The notes under the pieces: model-generated | Seen by the model: the letters and a program-made list of their open reading frames with translations, nothing else | Told to the model about the DNA's origin: nothing | The model's database searches: none | Position numbers and translations under genes: made by a program | Part shown: one piece after another, positions 1-10,839 of the stretch | Layout of the letters: the number at the start of each line of letters is the position of its first letter | Numbering within the stretch: position 1 is the stretch's first letter | Source: Nocardioidaceae bacterium | Lineage (GTDB): Bacteria > Actinomycetota > Actinomycetes > Propionibacteriales > Nocardioidaceae | DNA length: 64,000 nt | NCBI GenBank assembly: GCA_025966335.1 | Contig: JAICRS010000001.1 | Location: 5,613-69,612 of the forward strand | Direction: 5' to 3'

Positions 1-2
1 TC

Positions 3-671
3 GCGCCCGTCCGCGCCGCCGTCGGTGACGGAGAGGTACGACGCCTCTCCCTTGTAGGCGCAGACGGTTCGCGTGTCGCTGGGGGTGAACAGGTCCATCC
101 GCACGTCGTCGCGGGGCAGGTACCACCGCACCGGCAGATGCGTCTCCAGCAGAGCCAGCGGAGCCTTCGAGTCCGCGAGCACGACGCCGTCGAGGGAGAC
201 CACGACGTGGCGGTCGCTGCGCAGGACGTCGATCCGCTTGAACGGGTCGTGCGGGTGTCCGATCACCGGCTCGTTCTCCTCGATCCAGGAGAACGCGCTG
301 AAGTCGAGCACGATGTAGCCGGCCAGGTCGGGATCTTCGGGGCGGAACGCCGCGCCGGGGAGCTCCTGCCCGTCGACGCGGACCGAGAGCGCCTCGCCGG
401 GCGTGGTGTGCATCGCGAAGTTCTCCGGCCCGAGGAACGGCGGCAGGTCGGGCGGCGGTGGAGGCGGTGAGAACGGGACGAGCTCGCCGGTGAGGTCGGC
501 CTCGGGTACGGCGTACACAGGCACCCCGCGCCGTGGCTCCCAGACGACCATGGCGCGGGTGGTGTCGGCGATCGTCGTGTCTCCGACCAGAACGCGGACC
601 CGTCGCGGCGTCGGCTCCATCCGCAGCTCGGTGAGGGTGGAACGGACGAGCTCGCCCATGCGCAGCGCCAT
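3..671 (-). CDS. DUF427 domain-containing protein (tandem DUF427), 3' end runs off the window
   Basis: Not in the ORF track because there is no stop inside the window. Manual translation from ATG 671: MALRMGELVRSTLTELRMEPTPRRVRV...GHPHDPFKRIDVLRSDRHVVV...ETHLPVRWYLPRDDVRMDLFTPSDTRTVCAYKGEASY, showing typical DUF427 motifs (HPxDPxxRID, ETxLPxRxY, CxYKGxASY). Confidence 0.8.
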   Translation of the reverse strand, partial: MALRMGELVRSTLTELRMEPTPRRVRVLVGDTTIADTTRAMVVWEPRRGVPVYAVPEADLTGELVPFSPPPPPPDLPPFLGPENFAMHTTPGEALSVRVDGQELPGAAFRPEDPDLAGYIVLDFSAFSWIEENEPVIGHPHDPFKRIDVLRSDRHVVVSLDGVVLADSKAPLALLETHLPVRWYLPRDDVRMDLFTPSDTRTVCAYKGEASYLSVTDGGADGR

Positions 672-723
672 CTGCTGATGGTCCGCCGGGCGCGGGTCGG
701 CGTCAATGCGAACCGGAACAAAT

Positions 724-780
724 GCGCGTCTCACCGGCGAAAAGCGCACGTCTCGACAGCGAAAAGGGCGCGTCTCAACG
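724..780. repeat. Three imperfect 22-bp tandem repeats between divergent genes
   Basis: CGTCTC occurs at 727, 749 and 771; GCGAAAAG occurs at 737 and 759. Confidence 0.7.
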
Positions 781-793
781 GGTATAGGGGGAC

Positions 794-1414
794 ATGAAGA
801 TCTATGCGGACACGTCGACCCGTCGCACCCGGCAGCAGCTCGGGGACCTGCTCGTGCTGGTCTGGGTGTGGTTGTGGGTGCAGACCGCGTTGGTCGTCCA
901 CGACGCGACGATGATGCTGGCCCGGCCGGGGGAGGAGATCGCCGAGGCGGGCGGCGGGATGGCCGAGCGGCTGCGCGAGGCAGGGGCCCGGGTCGACGAC
1001 GTACCGCTGGTCGGTGACGAGGTGCGCGCGCCGTTCGAGGGGGCCGGCGATGCCGCGGACCAGCTGGCGGACGCGGGGACCGCCCAGGTCGAGGCGGTGA
1101 CCGAGCTGGCGTTCTGGCTCGGCCTGTCCGTCGGCGCGATCCCGGTCCTGATCGCGCTGGCGGTGTACCTGCCGCTGCGCTGGCGGTTCATCCGCGAGGC
1201 GACGGCCGCGCAGCGGTTCATCGACAGTAACGCCGATCTCGACCTGTTTGCGCTGCGGGCGATGGCTCGTCAGCCGATGCACCGGCTGGCGCGGATCAGC
1301 GACGACCCCGCGGGGGCCTGGCGACGGGCCGATCCGGCGGTCGTGCAGGCCCTGGCCGAGCTCGAGCTGCGCGACACCGGCCTGCGTGCCCCGGTCGCTA
1401 GTGTGGCGACATGA
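794..1414 (+). CDS. Conserved actinobacterial membrane protein (2 TM segments), function unknown
   Basis: 206 aa with two hydrophobic stretches (LLVLVWVWLWV; LAFWLGLSVGAIPVLIALAVYL). Stop overlaps the next start (ATGA). Confidence 0.7.
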   Translation: MKIYADTSTRRTRQQLGDLLVLVWVWLWVQTALVVHDATMMLARPGEEIAEAGGGMAERLREAGARVDDVPLVGDEVRAPFEGAGDAADQLADAGTAQVEAVTELAFWLGLSVGAIPVLIALAVYLPLRWRFIREATAAQRFIDSNADLDLFALRAMARQPMHRLARISDDPAGAWRRADPAVVQALAELELRDTGLRAPVASVAT

Positions 1415-2241
1415 GCTCTGTTCCGAACCTGGTCCTCAACAACGGCGTGGAGATCCCGCAGCTCGGCTTCGGCGTGTTCAAGGTGCCGCCCGAGGAGACC
1501 CGGCAGGCGGTGCTGACCGCACTCGAGACCGGATACCGGCACATCGACACCGCCAGGCTCTACGACAACGAGGCCGCGGTCGGTGCGGCGGTCCGCGACT
1601 CGGACCTGATGCGCGACGAGATCTTCGTGACCACGAAGGTCTGGAACACCGATCAGGGCTACGACGCCACCCTGCGTGCCTTCGACGCGAGCATGGAGCG
1701 GCTCGGCCTCGACGTGCTCGACCTCTACCTGATCCACTGGCCGGCGCCGGCGCGTGACCTGTACGTCGACACCTGGCGGGCGATGGAGCAGCTCTATCGC
1801 GACGGTCGGGTGCGGGCGATCGGCGTCTCCAACTTCCAGCCGGACCACCTGCGGCGGCTGCTCGACCGCTGCGACGTGGTCCCGGTGATCAACCAGGTCG
1901 AGCTGCACCCCTACCTGCAGCAGAACGAGGCGCGCAAGGCGCACGAGGAGCTCGGTGTGCTCACCGAGGCCTGGGCCCCGATCGCCCGCGGCGGCGCGCT
2001 GCTGGAGGACCCGGTGATCACCGCGCTGGCCGACAAGCACGCCCGTACGCCGGCCCAGGTGGTGCTCCGCTGGCACATCGAGCTCGGCAACGTGGTCATC
2101 CCGAAGTCGGTGACACCGGCCCGGGTCGCGGAGAACTTCTCGATCTTCGACTTCACCCTCGACGGCGCGGACCTCGCCGAGATCGCCGCCCTGGACCGCG
2201 GTGAGCGGACCGGCCCCGACCCGGACCGGCTCAACACCTGA
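1411..2241 (+). CDS. Aldo/keto reductase (2,5-diketo-D-gluconate reductase-like)
   Basis: Motifs GYRHIDTARLY, FVTTKVWN, LDLYLIHWP, AIGVSNF, NQVELHP, VIPKS. Confidence 0.93.
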   Translation: MSSVPNLVLNNGVEIPQLGFGVFKVPPEETRQAVLTALETGYRHIDTARLYDNEAAVGAAVRDSDLMRDEIFVTTKVWNTDQGYDATLRAFDASMERLGLDVLDLYLIHWPAPARDLYVDTWRAMEQLYRDGRVRAIGVSNFQPDHLRRLLDRCDVVPVINQVELHPYLQQNEARKAHEELGVLTEAWAPIARGGALLEDPVITALADKHARTPAQVVLRWHIELGNVVIPKSVTPARVAENFSIFDFTLDGADLAEIAALDRGERTGPDPDRLNT

Positions 2242-3557
2242 TGGCGAGGTCCACTGCGCGCCAGGACGTCATCATCGGCGTGCTCGAGGACGCGTTCGCG
2301 CCGCTGATGGAGGCCGACCCGCAGGCGTTCCGGGTGAAGTTCCGGAAGATGGCCGCCGACCCGTTCGCGTTCTACCGGGGCACTGCCTGCCTGTTCTACA
2401 ACGACGTCACCCGGATGCGGGACCGCTGGGCGGACGAGCAGACCAGCGCGATCTGGATCCACGGGGACCTGCACGTGCAGAACTTCGGCACCTACATGAA
2501 CTCCGACGGCCGGCTGGTCTTCGACGTCAACGACTTCGACGAGGCCTACATCGGGCACTTCTCCTGGGATCTTCGACGGTTCGCGGCGAGTCTGGCGCTG
2601 ATGGGCCGGCAGAAGGCGCTGCCGGAGGCGGCCGTGCGCGAGCTGATCGCCACCTACCTCGAGGCCTACCTGGCCCAGGTCGACCACTACGTGCACTCCG
2701 AGGACGACGACGACTTCGCGCTGCGGCTGGAGAACACCACCGGTCCGGTCCTCGACGTGCTGCTCGAGGCCCGCGGCTACAGCCGGGTGGAGATGCTCGA
2801 CGCGATGACCCGGCTCGAGGACCATGTCCGGGTCTTCCACGAGGACGCCACGGTCCGCCGGCTCGGCCGCGCGGAGCGGCGCACGGTGCTCAACGCCTTC
2901 GAGAGCTACCTCACCACGATCCCGGAGTCGAAGCGGTTCGACCGCGAGCTGTTCTACGAGGTGCGCGACGTCGTCGGCAAGTCCGGGTTCGGGATCGGCA
3001 GCGCCGGGCTGCCGGCCTACAACGTGCTGGTCGAGGGGTTCAACCAGTCACTGGACAACGACGTGGTGCTGTCGATGAAGCAGGCGAACGTGCCCGCCGT
3101 CAGCCGGTTCCTGGACAGTGACGCCGTCGAGCGCTACTTCGGCCACGAGGGGCACCGCACCGTGGTCAGCCAGCGGGCACTGCAGGTGCACACCGACCCC
3201 ATGCTCGGGCACACCAAGATCAACGGCGTCGGGTACGTCGTGTCGGAGATCTCTCCCTACGAGGCCGACCTCGACTGGTCGAACATCAACGAGCCGGACG
3301 AGATGGCGCAGGTGGTGGAGCTTCTGGGCCGGGCCACCGCGAAGGTCCACTGTGCCTCCGACGAGGACAGCGAGCAGGACCTGGTCGACTTCCAGACCGA
3401 GCACGCCATCGCCGGGGTCGTCGAGGGACGGCGCGAGGAGTTCGTTGCCGACATCGTGGACTTCGGGATCGACTACGGTGCCCGCGCGCGCAAGGACCAC
3501 AGCCTGTTCGTCGACGCGTTCAGGGAGAGCCGGATCGGCGGAGTCTCCTCCACCTGA
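2241..3557 (+). CDS. DUF2252 family protein (kinase-like fold)
   Basis: Motifs KMAADPFAFYRGTA, IHGDLHVQNFG, FDVNDFDEA, GIGSAG. Start overlaps the upstream stop (TGATG). Confidence 0.85.
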   Translation: MARSTARQDVIIGVLEDAFAPLMEADPQAFRVKFRKMAADPFAFYRGTACLFYNDVTRMRDRWADEQTSAIWIHGDLHVQNFGTYMNSDGRLVFDVNDFDEAYIGHFSWDLRRFAASLALMGRQKALPEAAVRELIATYLEAYLAQVDHYVHSEDDDDFALRLENTTGPVLDVLLEARGYSRVEMLDAMTRLEDHVRVFHEDATVRRLGRAERRTVLNAFESYLTTIPESKRFDRELFYEVRDVVGKSGFGIGSAGLPAYNVLVEGFNQSLDNDVVLSMKQANVPAVSRFLDSDAVERYFGHEGHRTVVSQRALQVHTDPMLGHTKINGVGYVVSEISPYEADLDWSNINEPDEMAQVVELLGRATAKVHCASDEDSEQDLVDFQTEHAIAGVVEGRREEFVADIVDFGIDYGARARKDHSLFVDAFRESRIGGVSST

Positions 3558-3570
3558 CGGTTCGCCCGGC

Positions 3571-4758
3571 TCAGGCCGTCCGGTTGGCACCCGCGCTCGG
3601 TTCCGCGGACAGGAAACCGGGGGAGGGCCAGCCCCGCCGGTCGAACTCCGCGCCGATCGCGGCGCGGACCGCTTCGCCCTGCGCGCGCGGGACGAGCGCG
3701 ATCGCGGAACCACCGAACCCGCCGCCCGTCATCCGGGCGCCGAGGGCACCGTGCTCGACAGCGGTGTCCACGACCGCGTCCAGCTCCGGCGTGGAGATCT
3801 CGAAGTCGTCGCGCATCGAGGCGTGCGAGGCGCAGAACGTGCGGCCCAGTCCGGCAAAGTCCGCGTCCCCGATCTGGTCGACGGACTCACGCACCCTCCC
3901 CATCTCCGAGAACACGTGCCGGGCCCGGCGGCGTACCCGCTCGTCGGGCAACGCCGACAGGGCTGCGTCGGCGTCGTCGACCTCACGCAGCGACGCGACA
4001 CCGAGCGAGTCCGCGGCGCTCTCGCAGTCCCGGCGACGCGACTCGTAGCCGCCGTCGCTCAGCGTGTGCGAGGACCGGGTGTCGACGACGAGCAGCTCGA
4101 GCTCCGCCGCGCTCGGGTCCCACGGAACCTGCCGGGTGCTCCCGTCGCGGCAGTCGAGGAGAAGCGCGTGCTGGGGTTGCGCGAACAGGGACACAGTCTG
4201 GTCCATCCCGCCGGTGGGTGCGCCGGCGACCTCGGTCTCGGCGCGCATGCACGCGGTGACCAGGGCGCGGCGCACCTCGTCGTCGGCGTCCGTGCCGGCG
4301 ACCGCACACAGACCGAGCGCGACCGAGCACTCCAAGGCCGCCGAGCTCGACAGACCCGAACCGACCGGCACCCTGCTGTCGACCATGATGTCGAGACCGG
4401 GCAGGTCCCAGCCGAGCTGCCGCAGCGCCCACACCACCCCGGCGACGTAGGCCGCCCAGCCGTCCACGTCGCCCGGGCCGAGGGCCTCGAGCTGGCCGGA
4501 CCAGGGCTGGTCCTGCTGCAGGCTGGTCACCCGCACCTCATCGTCGTCGCGGGCGGCCAGGGCGGCGTACGTCGCGTGCGGCAAGGCGATCGGCAGGCAC
4601 AACCCGTCGTTGTAGTCGAGGTGCTCCCCGATCAGGTTGACCCGGCCCGGTGCCCGGAAGACGCCGAGCGACGGTACGCCGTACTCGCGGGCGAACCTCT
4701 CGCTGAGGGCGTCGGCGATCGCGGCCGGCCGGCCCGGCGAAACTTGGTCGAGGGACAT
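3571..4758 (-). CDS. galK: Galactokinase
   Basis: Motifs APGRVNLIGEHLDYNDG, PVGSGLSSSAALE, GGMDQ, GARMTGGGFGG. Start placed at ATG 4758, with TAGGCT 7 nt upstream. Confidence 0.95.
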   Translation of the reverse strand: MSLDQVSPGRPAAIADALSERFAREYGVPSLGVFRAPGRVNLIGEHLDYNDGLCLPIALPHATYAALAARDDDEVRVTSLQQDQPWSGQLEALGPGDVDGWAAYVAGVVWALRQLGWDLPGLDIMVDSRVPVGSGLSSSAALECSVALGLCAVAGTDADDEVRRALVTACMRAETEVAGAPTGGMDQTVSLFAQPQHALLLDCRDGSTRQVPWDPSAAELELLVVDTRSSHTLSDGGYESRRRDCESAADSLGVASLREVDDADAALSALPDERVRRRARHVFSEMGRVRESVDQIGDADFAGLGRTFCASHASMRDDFEISTPELDAVVDTAVEHGALGARMTGGGFGGSAIALVPRAQGEAVRAAIGAEFDRRGWPSPGFLSAEPSAGANRTA

Positions 4759-4810
4759 GCCCGCCAGCCTACGGGCGGCCGTCGGGCAGGCGGCTGACAG
4801 AATCGCCGGC

Positions 4811-5194
4811 ATGGCCGATGAAACCGATGGTCCCGACGAGCGGCTCGTCGAGCTGGCGCACCAGATGTTCGACCTCGCGCGGGCCGGCGAACGGGACCAG
4901 CTCGCGGCGTACGTGGACGCCGGGGTGCCGGTCGACCTCACCGACGCCGACGGGAACACGCTGCTGATGCTGGCCGCCTACCACGGCCACGCCGACACGG
5001 TGCGGATGCTGGCCGAGCACGCCGCCGACGTGAACCGGGCGAACGACCGGGGACAGACCCCGCTCGCCGGCGCCGTGTTCAAGGACGAGCCCGACGTGGT
5101 CTCGGTGCTTCTCGGAGCGGGGGCGGACCCGGATGCCGGTACGCCGACGGCGCGGGAGACCGCGACGATGTTCGGCAGGGACGACCTGTTCTGA
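4811..5194 (+). CDS. Small ankyrin-repeat protein
   Basis: Ankyrin repeats GNTLLMLAAYHGHADTVRML and ADVNRANDRGQTPLAGAVFK. Start at ATG 4811. Confidence 0.9.
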   Translation: MADETDGPDERLVELAHQMFDLARAGERDQLAAYVDAGVPVDLTDADGNTLLMLAAYHGHADTVRMLAEHAADVNRANDRGQTPLAGAVFKDEPDVVSVLLGAGADPDAGTPTARETATMFGRDDLF

Positions 5195-5373
5195 CCGCCG
5201 GAGGCACAGCGGCCGGGATCGTGGACCCCGGCCGGCTGCGCTTGCGCCAACCCCCCGGCAGCCCTTGAAGCCTTGCTGCCCGACGAGACGACGACAAGAC
5301 CCGTTCTGACTAGTCCTGGCATTCCCAGGGGTGGCGCGAACAACCCTGGGGTCGCACCCTGCGAACCCTGTAA

Positions 5374-6822
<1,449 letters not shown>

Positions 6823-6834
6823 ACCCGTGGACAG

Positions 6835-6866
6835 AGACAGACCCCGCCCGGAGGCGGGGCCTGTCT
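6835..6866. terminator. Hairpin between convergent guaB1 and BCCT genes
   Basis: GACAGACCCCGCC-cgga-GGCGGGGCCTGTC. Confidence 0.65.
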
Positions 6867-6881
6867 GCCTTGGTCGAGCGG

Positions 6882-8654
6882 TCAGCGCGCGATGTCCGCG
6901 GGCTTGCTCGGGTGGTCGTCGCCACCGGTCAGCACCGACTCGTCCGAGGGCTGCACGGCCAGCGCGAAGTCGTCACCGTGCCGGGTGACACCGGTGACCA
7001 CGGCCTGCTCCACCGCGTCGCGCGCGTAGCGCCTGCGCACGATCATCGGGTCCTGGCGCAGGTCCTTGACCAGCGCCACCGCGAGGCCGATCATCACGAT
7101 CGCGAACGGCAGTGCGGCCACGATCGTGATGTTCTGCAGGCCGGACAGGGCGGAGTCCCCACCGACCAGCAGCATCACCGCGGCGACACCACCGGTGGCG
7201 CAGCCCCAGAAGATCACGGTGGGCCGGCTCGGCTCCAGTGAACCGCGCTCGGAGAGGGACCCCATCACGATCGAGGCGGCGTCGGCGCCGGAGACGAAGA
7301 AGATCGCGACCAGCACCATCACCAGGACGCTGGTGACCGTGGCGATCGGGAGCTCACCGAGCATGTTGAACAGCTGGGCCTCGACGGAACCTGCTCCGGC
7401 CAGGTCGGCGCCGTTCTGCTGGAGGTTGATCGCGGCACCTCCGAAGATCGCGAACCAGACCAGGCTGACCAGGCTCGGCACGAGCAGCACGCCGGTGACG
7501 AACTGGCGGATGGTCCGCCCCCGCGAGATCCGGGCGATGAACATGCCGACGAACGGAGTCCACGACAGCCACCAGGCCCAGTAGAAGACCGTCCACCCGG
7601 ACAGCCACTCCGCCATCGCGTCGCCGCCGGAGGCCTCGGTCCGTGCCGACATCATCGCCAGGTCCTGGAAGTAGCTGCCGACCGACGTCGGGATGAGGTC
7701 GAGGATGAACACGGTCGGGCCGGCCACGAACACGAACACGGCGAGCGACAGCGCGAGCACCATGTTGATGTTGGACAGCCACTGGATGCCCTTGGCGACG
7801 CCGGACACGGCGGAGAAGATGAACGCGATGGTGAGGACGACGATCACGCCGACGAGGATGCCGTTGCCGATCGTGCCGATGCCGGAGACGATCTCCAGCC
7901 CGCTGCCGATCTGCAGCGCACCCAGGCCCAGCGACGCCGCGGAGCCGAACAGGGTGGCGAAGATCGCCAGGATGTCGATCACCCGGCCGGCCGCGCCGCT
8001 GGCGCGCTTCTCGCCGATCAGCGGCGCGAACGCGGAGCTGATCAGCTGGGAGCGGCCCTTGCGGAACACGCCGTAGGCGATCGCGATGCCGACCACCGCG
8101 TAGATCGCCCACGGGTGAAGCGTCCAGTGGAACAGCGTGGTGGCCATCGCGTTCTGCACGGCCTGGGGGTCGCCCACCTCACCGGTGCCGGGAGGCGGAG
8201 CCATGAAGTGGGACAGCGGCTCGGTGACTCCGTAGAACATCAGGCCGATGCCCATCCCGGCGCTGAACATCATCGCGATCCACGACACGGTCCGGAACTC
8301 GGGTTCCTCGTCGTCGTTGCCGAGCGGGATGTTGCCGAACCGTCCGGCGGCCAGCCAGATCACGAAGACGACGAAGCCGGAGGCGGCGAGCACGAACAGC
8401 CAGCCCATGTTGTGCACGGTCCAGTCCAGGGCCGTGCCGGATGCGGAGCCGAGGCTCGGCGTGTTGAGAAAGCCCCAAAGCAGGAAGCCGACCGCGATGG
8501 CGGCGGTGACACCGAAGACGACCTTGTCCAGCTTCTGGGAGGTGCGGTCGTGGGTGTCGTCGACCGGACTCTCCAGCGCGGGGTGCGCCGGCTCGTTGCC
8601 TGGGTCTTGAGGGTTGTTCCGGGGGTTTTGTTCTGTGCTTACTTGGGTAGCCAC
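6882..8654 (-). CDS. BCCT family (betaine/choline/carnitine) transporter
   Basis: Motifs SWIAMMFSAGMGIGLMFYG, FHWTLHPWAIY, WTVFYWAWWLSWTPFVGMFIARISRGRTIRQF; about 12 TM segments. Confidence 0.95.
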   Translation of the reverse strand: MATQVSTEQNPRNNPQDPGNEPAHPALESPVDDTHDRTSQKLDKVVFGVTAAIAVGFLLWGFLNTPSLGSASGTALDWTVHNMGWLFVLAASGFVVFVIWLAAGRFGNIPLGNDDEEPEFRTVSWIAMMFSAGMGIGLMFYGVTEPLSHFMAPPPGTGEVGDPQAVQNAMATTLFHWTLHPWAIYAVVGIAIAYGVFRKGRSQLISSAFAPLIGEKRASGAAGRVIDILAIFATLFGSAASLGLGALQIGSGLEIVSGIGTIGNGILVGVIVVLTIAFIFSAVSGVAKGIQWLSNINMVLALSLAVFVFVAGPTVFILDLIPTSVGSYFQDLAMMSARTEASGGDAMAEWLSGWTVFYWAWWLSWTPFVGMFIARISRGRTIRQFVTGVLLVPSLVSLVWFAIFGGAAINLQQNGADLAGAGSVEAQLFNMLGELPIATVTSVLVMVLVAIFFVSGADAASIVMGSLSERGSLEPSRPTVIFWGCATGGVAAVMLLVGGDSALSGLQNITIVAALPFAIVMIGLAVALVKDLRQDPMIVRRRYARDAVEQAVVTGVTRHGDDFALAVQPSDESVLTGGDDHPSKPADIAR

Positions 8655-8786
8655 GAGATCCGGCGCTGCGGCACAGCGCCCCTCCGATCAACGATTGGGG
8701 ACATGAACAGCCTGACGAATCTGTCTGATCTGGTTGCGTGATGCAAGTTGGGACTCCCGGGTGTGCGCCGGGTCACCCAGAGGTGT

Positions 8787-8812
8787 TACCCACGGCTGGT
8801 GTGTCCTACACC
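8787..8812 (-). promoter_or_regulatory. Possible SigF/SigB-type stress promoter for the BCCT gene
   Basis: Minus strand reads GGTGT-N16-GGGTA, about 130 nt upstream of the BCCT start. Confidence 0.4.
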
Positions 8813-9705
8813 ACAGGAACTGTGGTGATGGAAACCAGCGAGTGCGCATCCGCGCCGTTCGGCCGGGCCGACCGGCAGGTCAGCTGTTCCCAGCTCTCCG
8901 GGTCGCTGCACACCTCCACCTGCCAGCTCCGCTCACCGTCGGTGAACACGGCCATGGTGGTCGTCCCCGAACGCACGCGCGAGACCAGGGTCAGTGCGTC
9001 GGTGCGCAGCTGCCCGATCTCCTCCCGCAGGAAGATCTCGGCGGCCTGGACGGGGAACGGGTAGCCGCACCGGCCCCGCAGATGCGCCAGGTCCAGGGTG
9101 CCAGCCAGGTGGCCCTTGGCCAAGGGAACCGCGGTCTCCGGCTCGACCCGGCCGTAGTACAACCCGTCGGGGAGCACCAGCAGGTTCCCTGCGAACCGGT
9201 CACCGCCGATGTGCGAGACCTCCCAGGTCTGCTCGGGCAGATGCGCATGCAGCGCGGCGGCCACCGGCCGGCCTCGTTCGGCGCAGCACACGTCGTGCCG
9301 GCCGTGGGTACAGACCAGGAACAGCGGTGAGTCGTGCGCCGTCAGGCCGGGGGACCGGCCCCGGCCGAGCTGGTCGAGGTCGAGGTCCAACAGGGAGGCC
9401 GGGTCGTCGACCGTGCAGGTCTCCAGCCAGGGCTCGTGCACGGCGGCGAAGGCCGCGAACACCGTCAGCTCGCCCGGACTTGAACGTCCGTGCCGCCGGA
9501 TCATCAGCACCCGGACGCCGGCGCGCCGGGCGCGGGCGGCGAGCTCGGTCTTGACCTCAACAGGTAGCCGGTTGTCGCTGACGGCGTCGATCCCCCAGGG
9601 ACCGGGGTCCTCGACGAGCAGGAACGACCGGACCGTCGACGCGGTGCCGGCCTGCGACTCGCCGCGTGCCTCGCTGGCCGTCGAGCAGCGGAAGGAAGGA
9701 CTCAA
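8806..9705 (-). CDS. Sucrase/ferredoxin-like (thioredoxin-like [2Fe-2S], Apd1/Aim32-related) protein
   Basis: Motifs LVEDPGPWG, FLVCTHGRHDVCCAERG, WEVSHIGGDRFAGNLLVLPDGLYYGR, HLRGR. TTG start overlaps the JmjC gene stop (TTGA, 9702-9705). Confidence 0.88.
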   Translation of the reverse strand: MSPSFRCSTASEARGESQAGTASTVRSFLLVEDPGPWGIDAVSDNRLPVEVKTELAARARRAGVRVLMIRRHGRSSPGELTVFAAFAAVHEPWLETCTVDDPASLLDLDLDQLGRGRSPGLTAHDSPLFLVCTHGRHDVCCAERGRPVAAALHAHLPEQTWEVSHIGGDRFAGNLLVLPDGLYYGRVEPETAVPLAKGHLAGTLDLAHLRGRCGYPFPVQAAEIFLREEIGQLRTDALTLVSRVRSGTTTMAVFTDGERSWQVEVCSDPESWEQLTCRSARPNGADAHSLVSITTVPVV

Positions 9706-10829
9706 CCGACGACCCGTAGCAGCCCTTCGCGGACCAGGCGCCTGCTGAGCACGAGCCGGCTCTCGGGGTCGAGCCAGTCCGCCAGGTCCGCGGGGCGGAA
9801 CGTGGCGCTGTCACGGATCCATCGAATCGGCGCGGCCAGGTAGAGCGGGATCCGCAGCTCCCGGTCGCCGAGGAGCACGCGGAGGCGTCCGTCGTGCTCG
9901 GACACGACGCAGGCGGTGCCGGCCCGCCGCTCCAGGACGGTGCTGTCGTCCAGGGCGGTCATCGCCAACCGGTCCTCGAGGCCGCCACGCAGGACCGGGT
10001 TCCGGCTGCTGAGGAACCGGGCGGCCTGCTGGTCGGTGAGCGTCTCCGGGTCCTGCTCCATCACCTGCTCGGCCAGCGAGTGCAGGTGGGCACCCAGCTC
10101 ATCCACCATCCGTGACGGGTCGTCCAGATAGCCGGCGGGGAGGCGTCCGTCGTACCGCTCGTCCGTCAGCAGCTGGGTCGTGACCCGGCCGAGCAGATCC
10201 CGCCAGGTCAGCTGGTTGATGCCGATCGTCACGTGCAGGGACGCGGTGTCCTGCGTGCGCGCGGCGTGCGGGGTGCCGGTCGGGAGGTACATGCTGACTC
10301 CCGGCTCGAGCAGGATGTCGCGCGCGCCGCTGTCGTCGTGCACCTCCCATTGCTTGGACCCGTGGGTCTGGAAGACGAACACGTCGTGGGTGTCGCTGTG
10401 CAACGCGAACCCCTGTGAGCCGGGCGGGGTCAGGTAGGCGTTGGCCTGGCACGGGTGACCGAGGGCGAGCTCGAGGTCACGGACCAGGTCGGACAGCGGC
10501 GGCCAGTAGCGGTGCAGCCCCTGCAGGACCACGGTGGCGCCGTCGTCGAACAGGTCGAGCACCTTGCGTCCGTCCACGAGCCCGGTGAGCGGCTGGCCGG
10601 CCAGCGAGGCGGATCGGATGAACCGCGAGGTCGGCAGCACCGTCCCGTCCTTCGCGATCCGTAGGGCGGGCGCGCGCAGCGCGGTGCTGGTCAGCAGCAG
10701 GTCGACATCGCCCAACGAGAGCAGGGAGGTGAGCCGATCAGGATCCGTGTGGTGGACATGGATGTGGCGCGCCCAGACCTTCGCGACGAAGCTCTGGGCG
10801 TCACCACTGAGCAGGGCAAGCGCGTCCAA
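9702..10829 (-). CDS. JmjC/cupin-4 Fe(II)/2-oxoglutarate oxygenase, ROX (YcfD/NO66/MINA53)-like
   Basis: ANAYLTPPGSQGFALHSDTHDVFVFQTHGSKQW (HxD), YLPTGTPHAA (distal His), SLHVTIG, and a winged-helix-like C-terminal tail. Start set at TTG 10829; the ORF-track extension to 11018 is an off-frame reading of the upstream peptide repeat. Confidence 0.88.
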   Translation of the reverse strand: MDALALLSGDAQSFVAKVWARHIHVHHTDPDRLTSLLSLGDVDLLLTSTALRAPALRIAKDGTVLPTSRFIRSASLAGQPLTGLVDGRKVLDLFDDGATVVLQGLHRYWPPLSDLVRDLELALGHPCQANAYLTPPGSQGFALHSDTHDVFVFQTHGSKQWEVHDDSGARDILLEPGVSMYLPTGTPHAARTQDTASLHVTIGINQLTWRDLLGRVTTQLLTDERYDGRLPAGYLDDPSRMVDELGAHLHSLAEQVMEQDPETLTDQQAARFLSSRNPVLRGGLEDRLAMTALDDSTVLERRAGTACVVSEHDGRLRVLLGDRELRIPLYLAAPIRWIRDSATFRPADLADWLDPESRLVLSRRLVREGLLRVVG

Positions 10830-10839
10830 GACGTCGGGC

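Noticed and set aside
4811-5194. Ankyrin protein (ADVN motif) as substrate of the JmjC enzyme, by analogy with FIH
   Set aside because: It is 4.5 kb away in a different transcription unit, the oxygenase looks ROX-type rather than FIH-type, and a better candidate substrate is directly adjacent.
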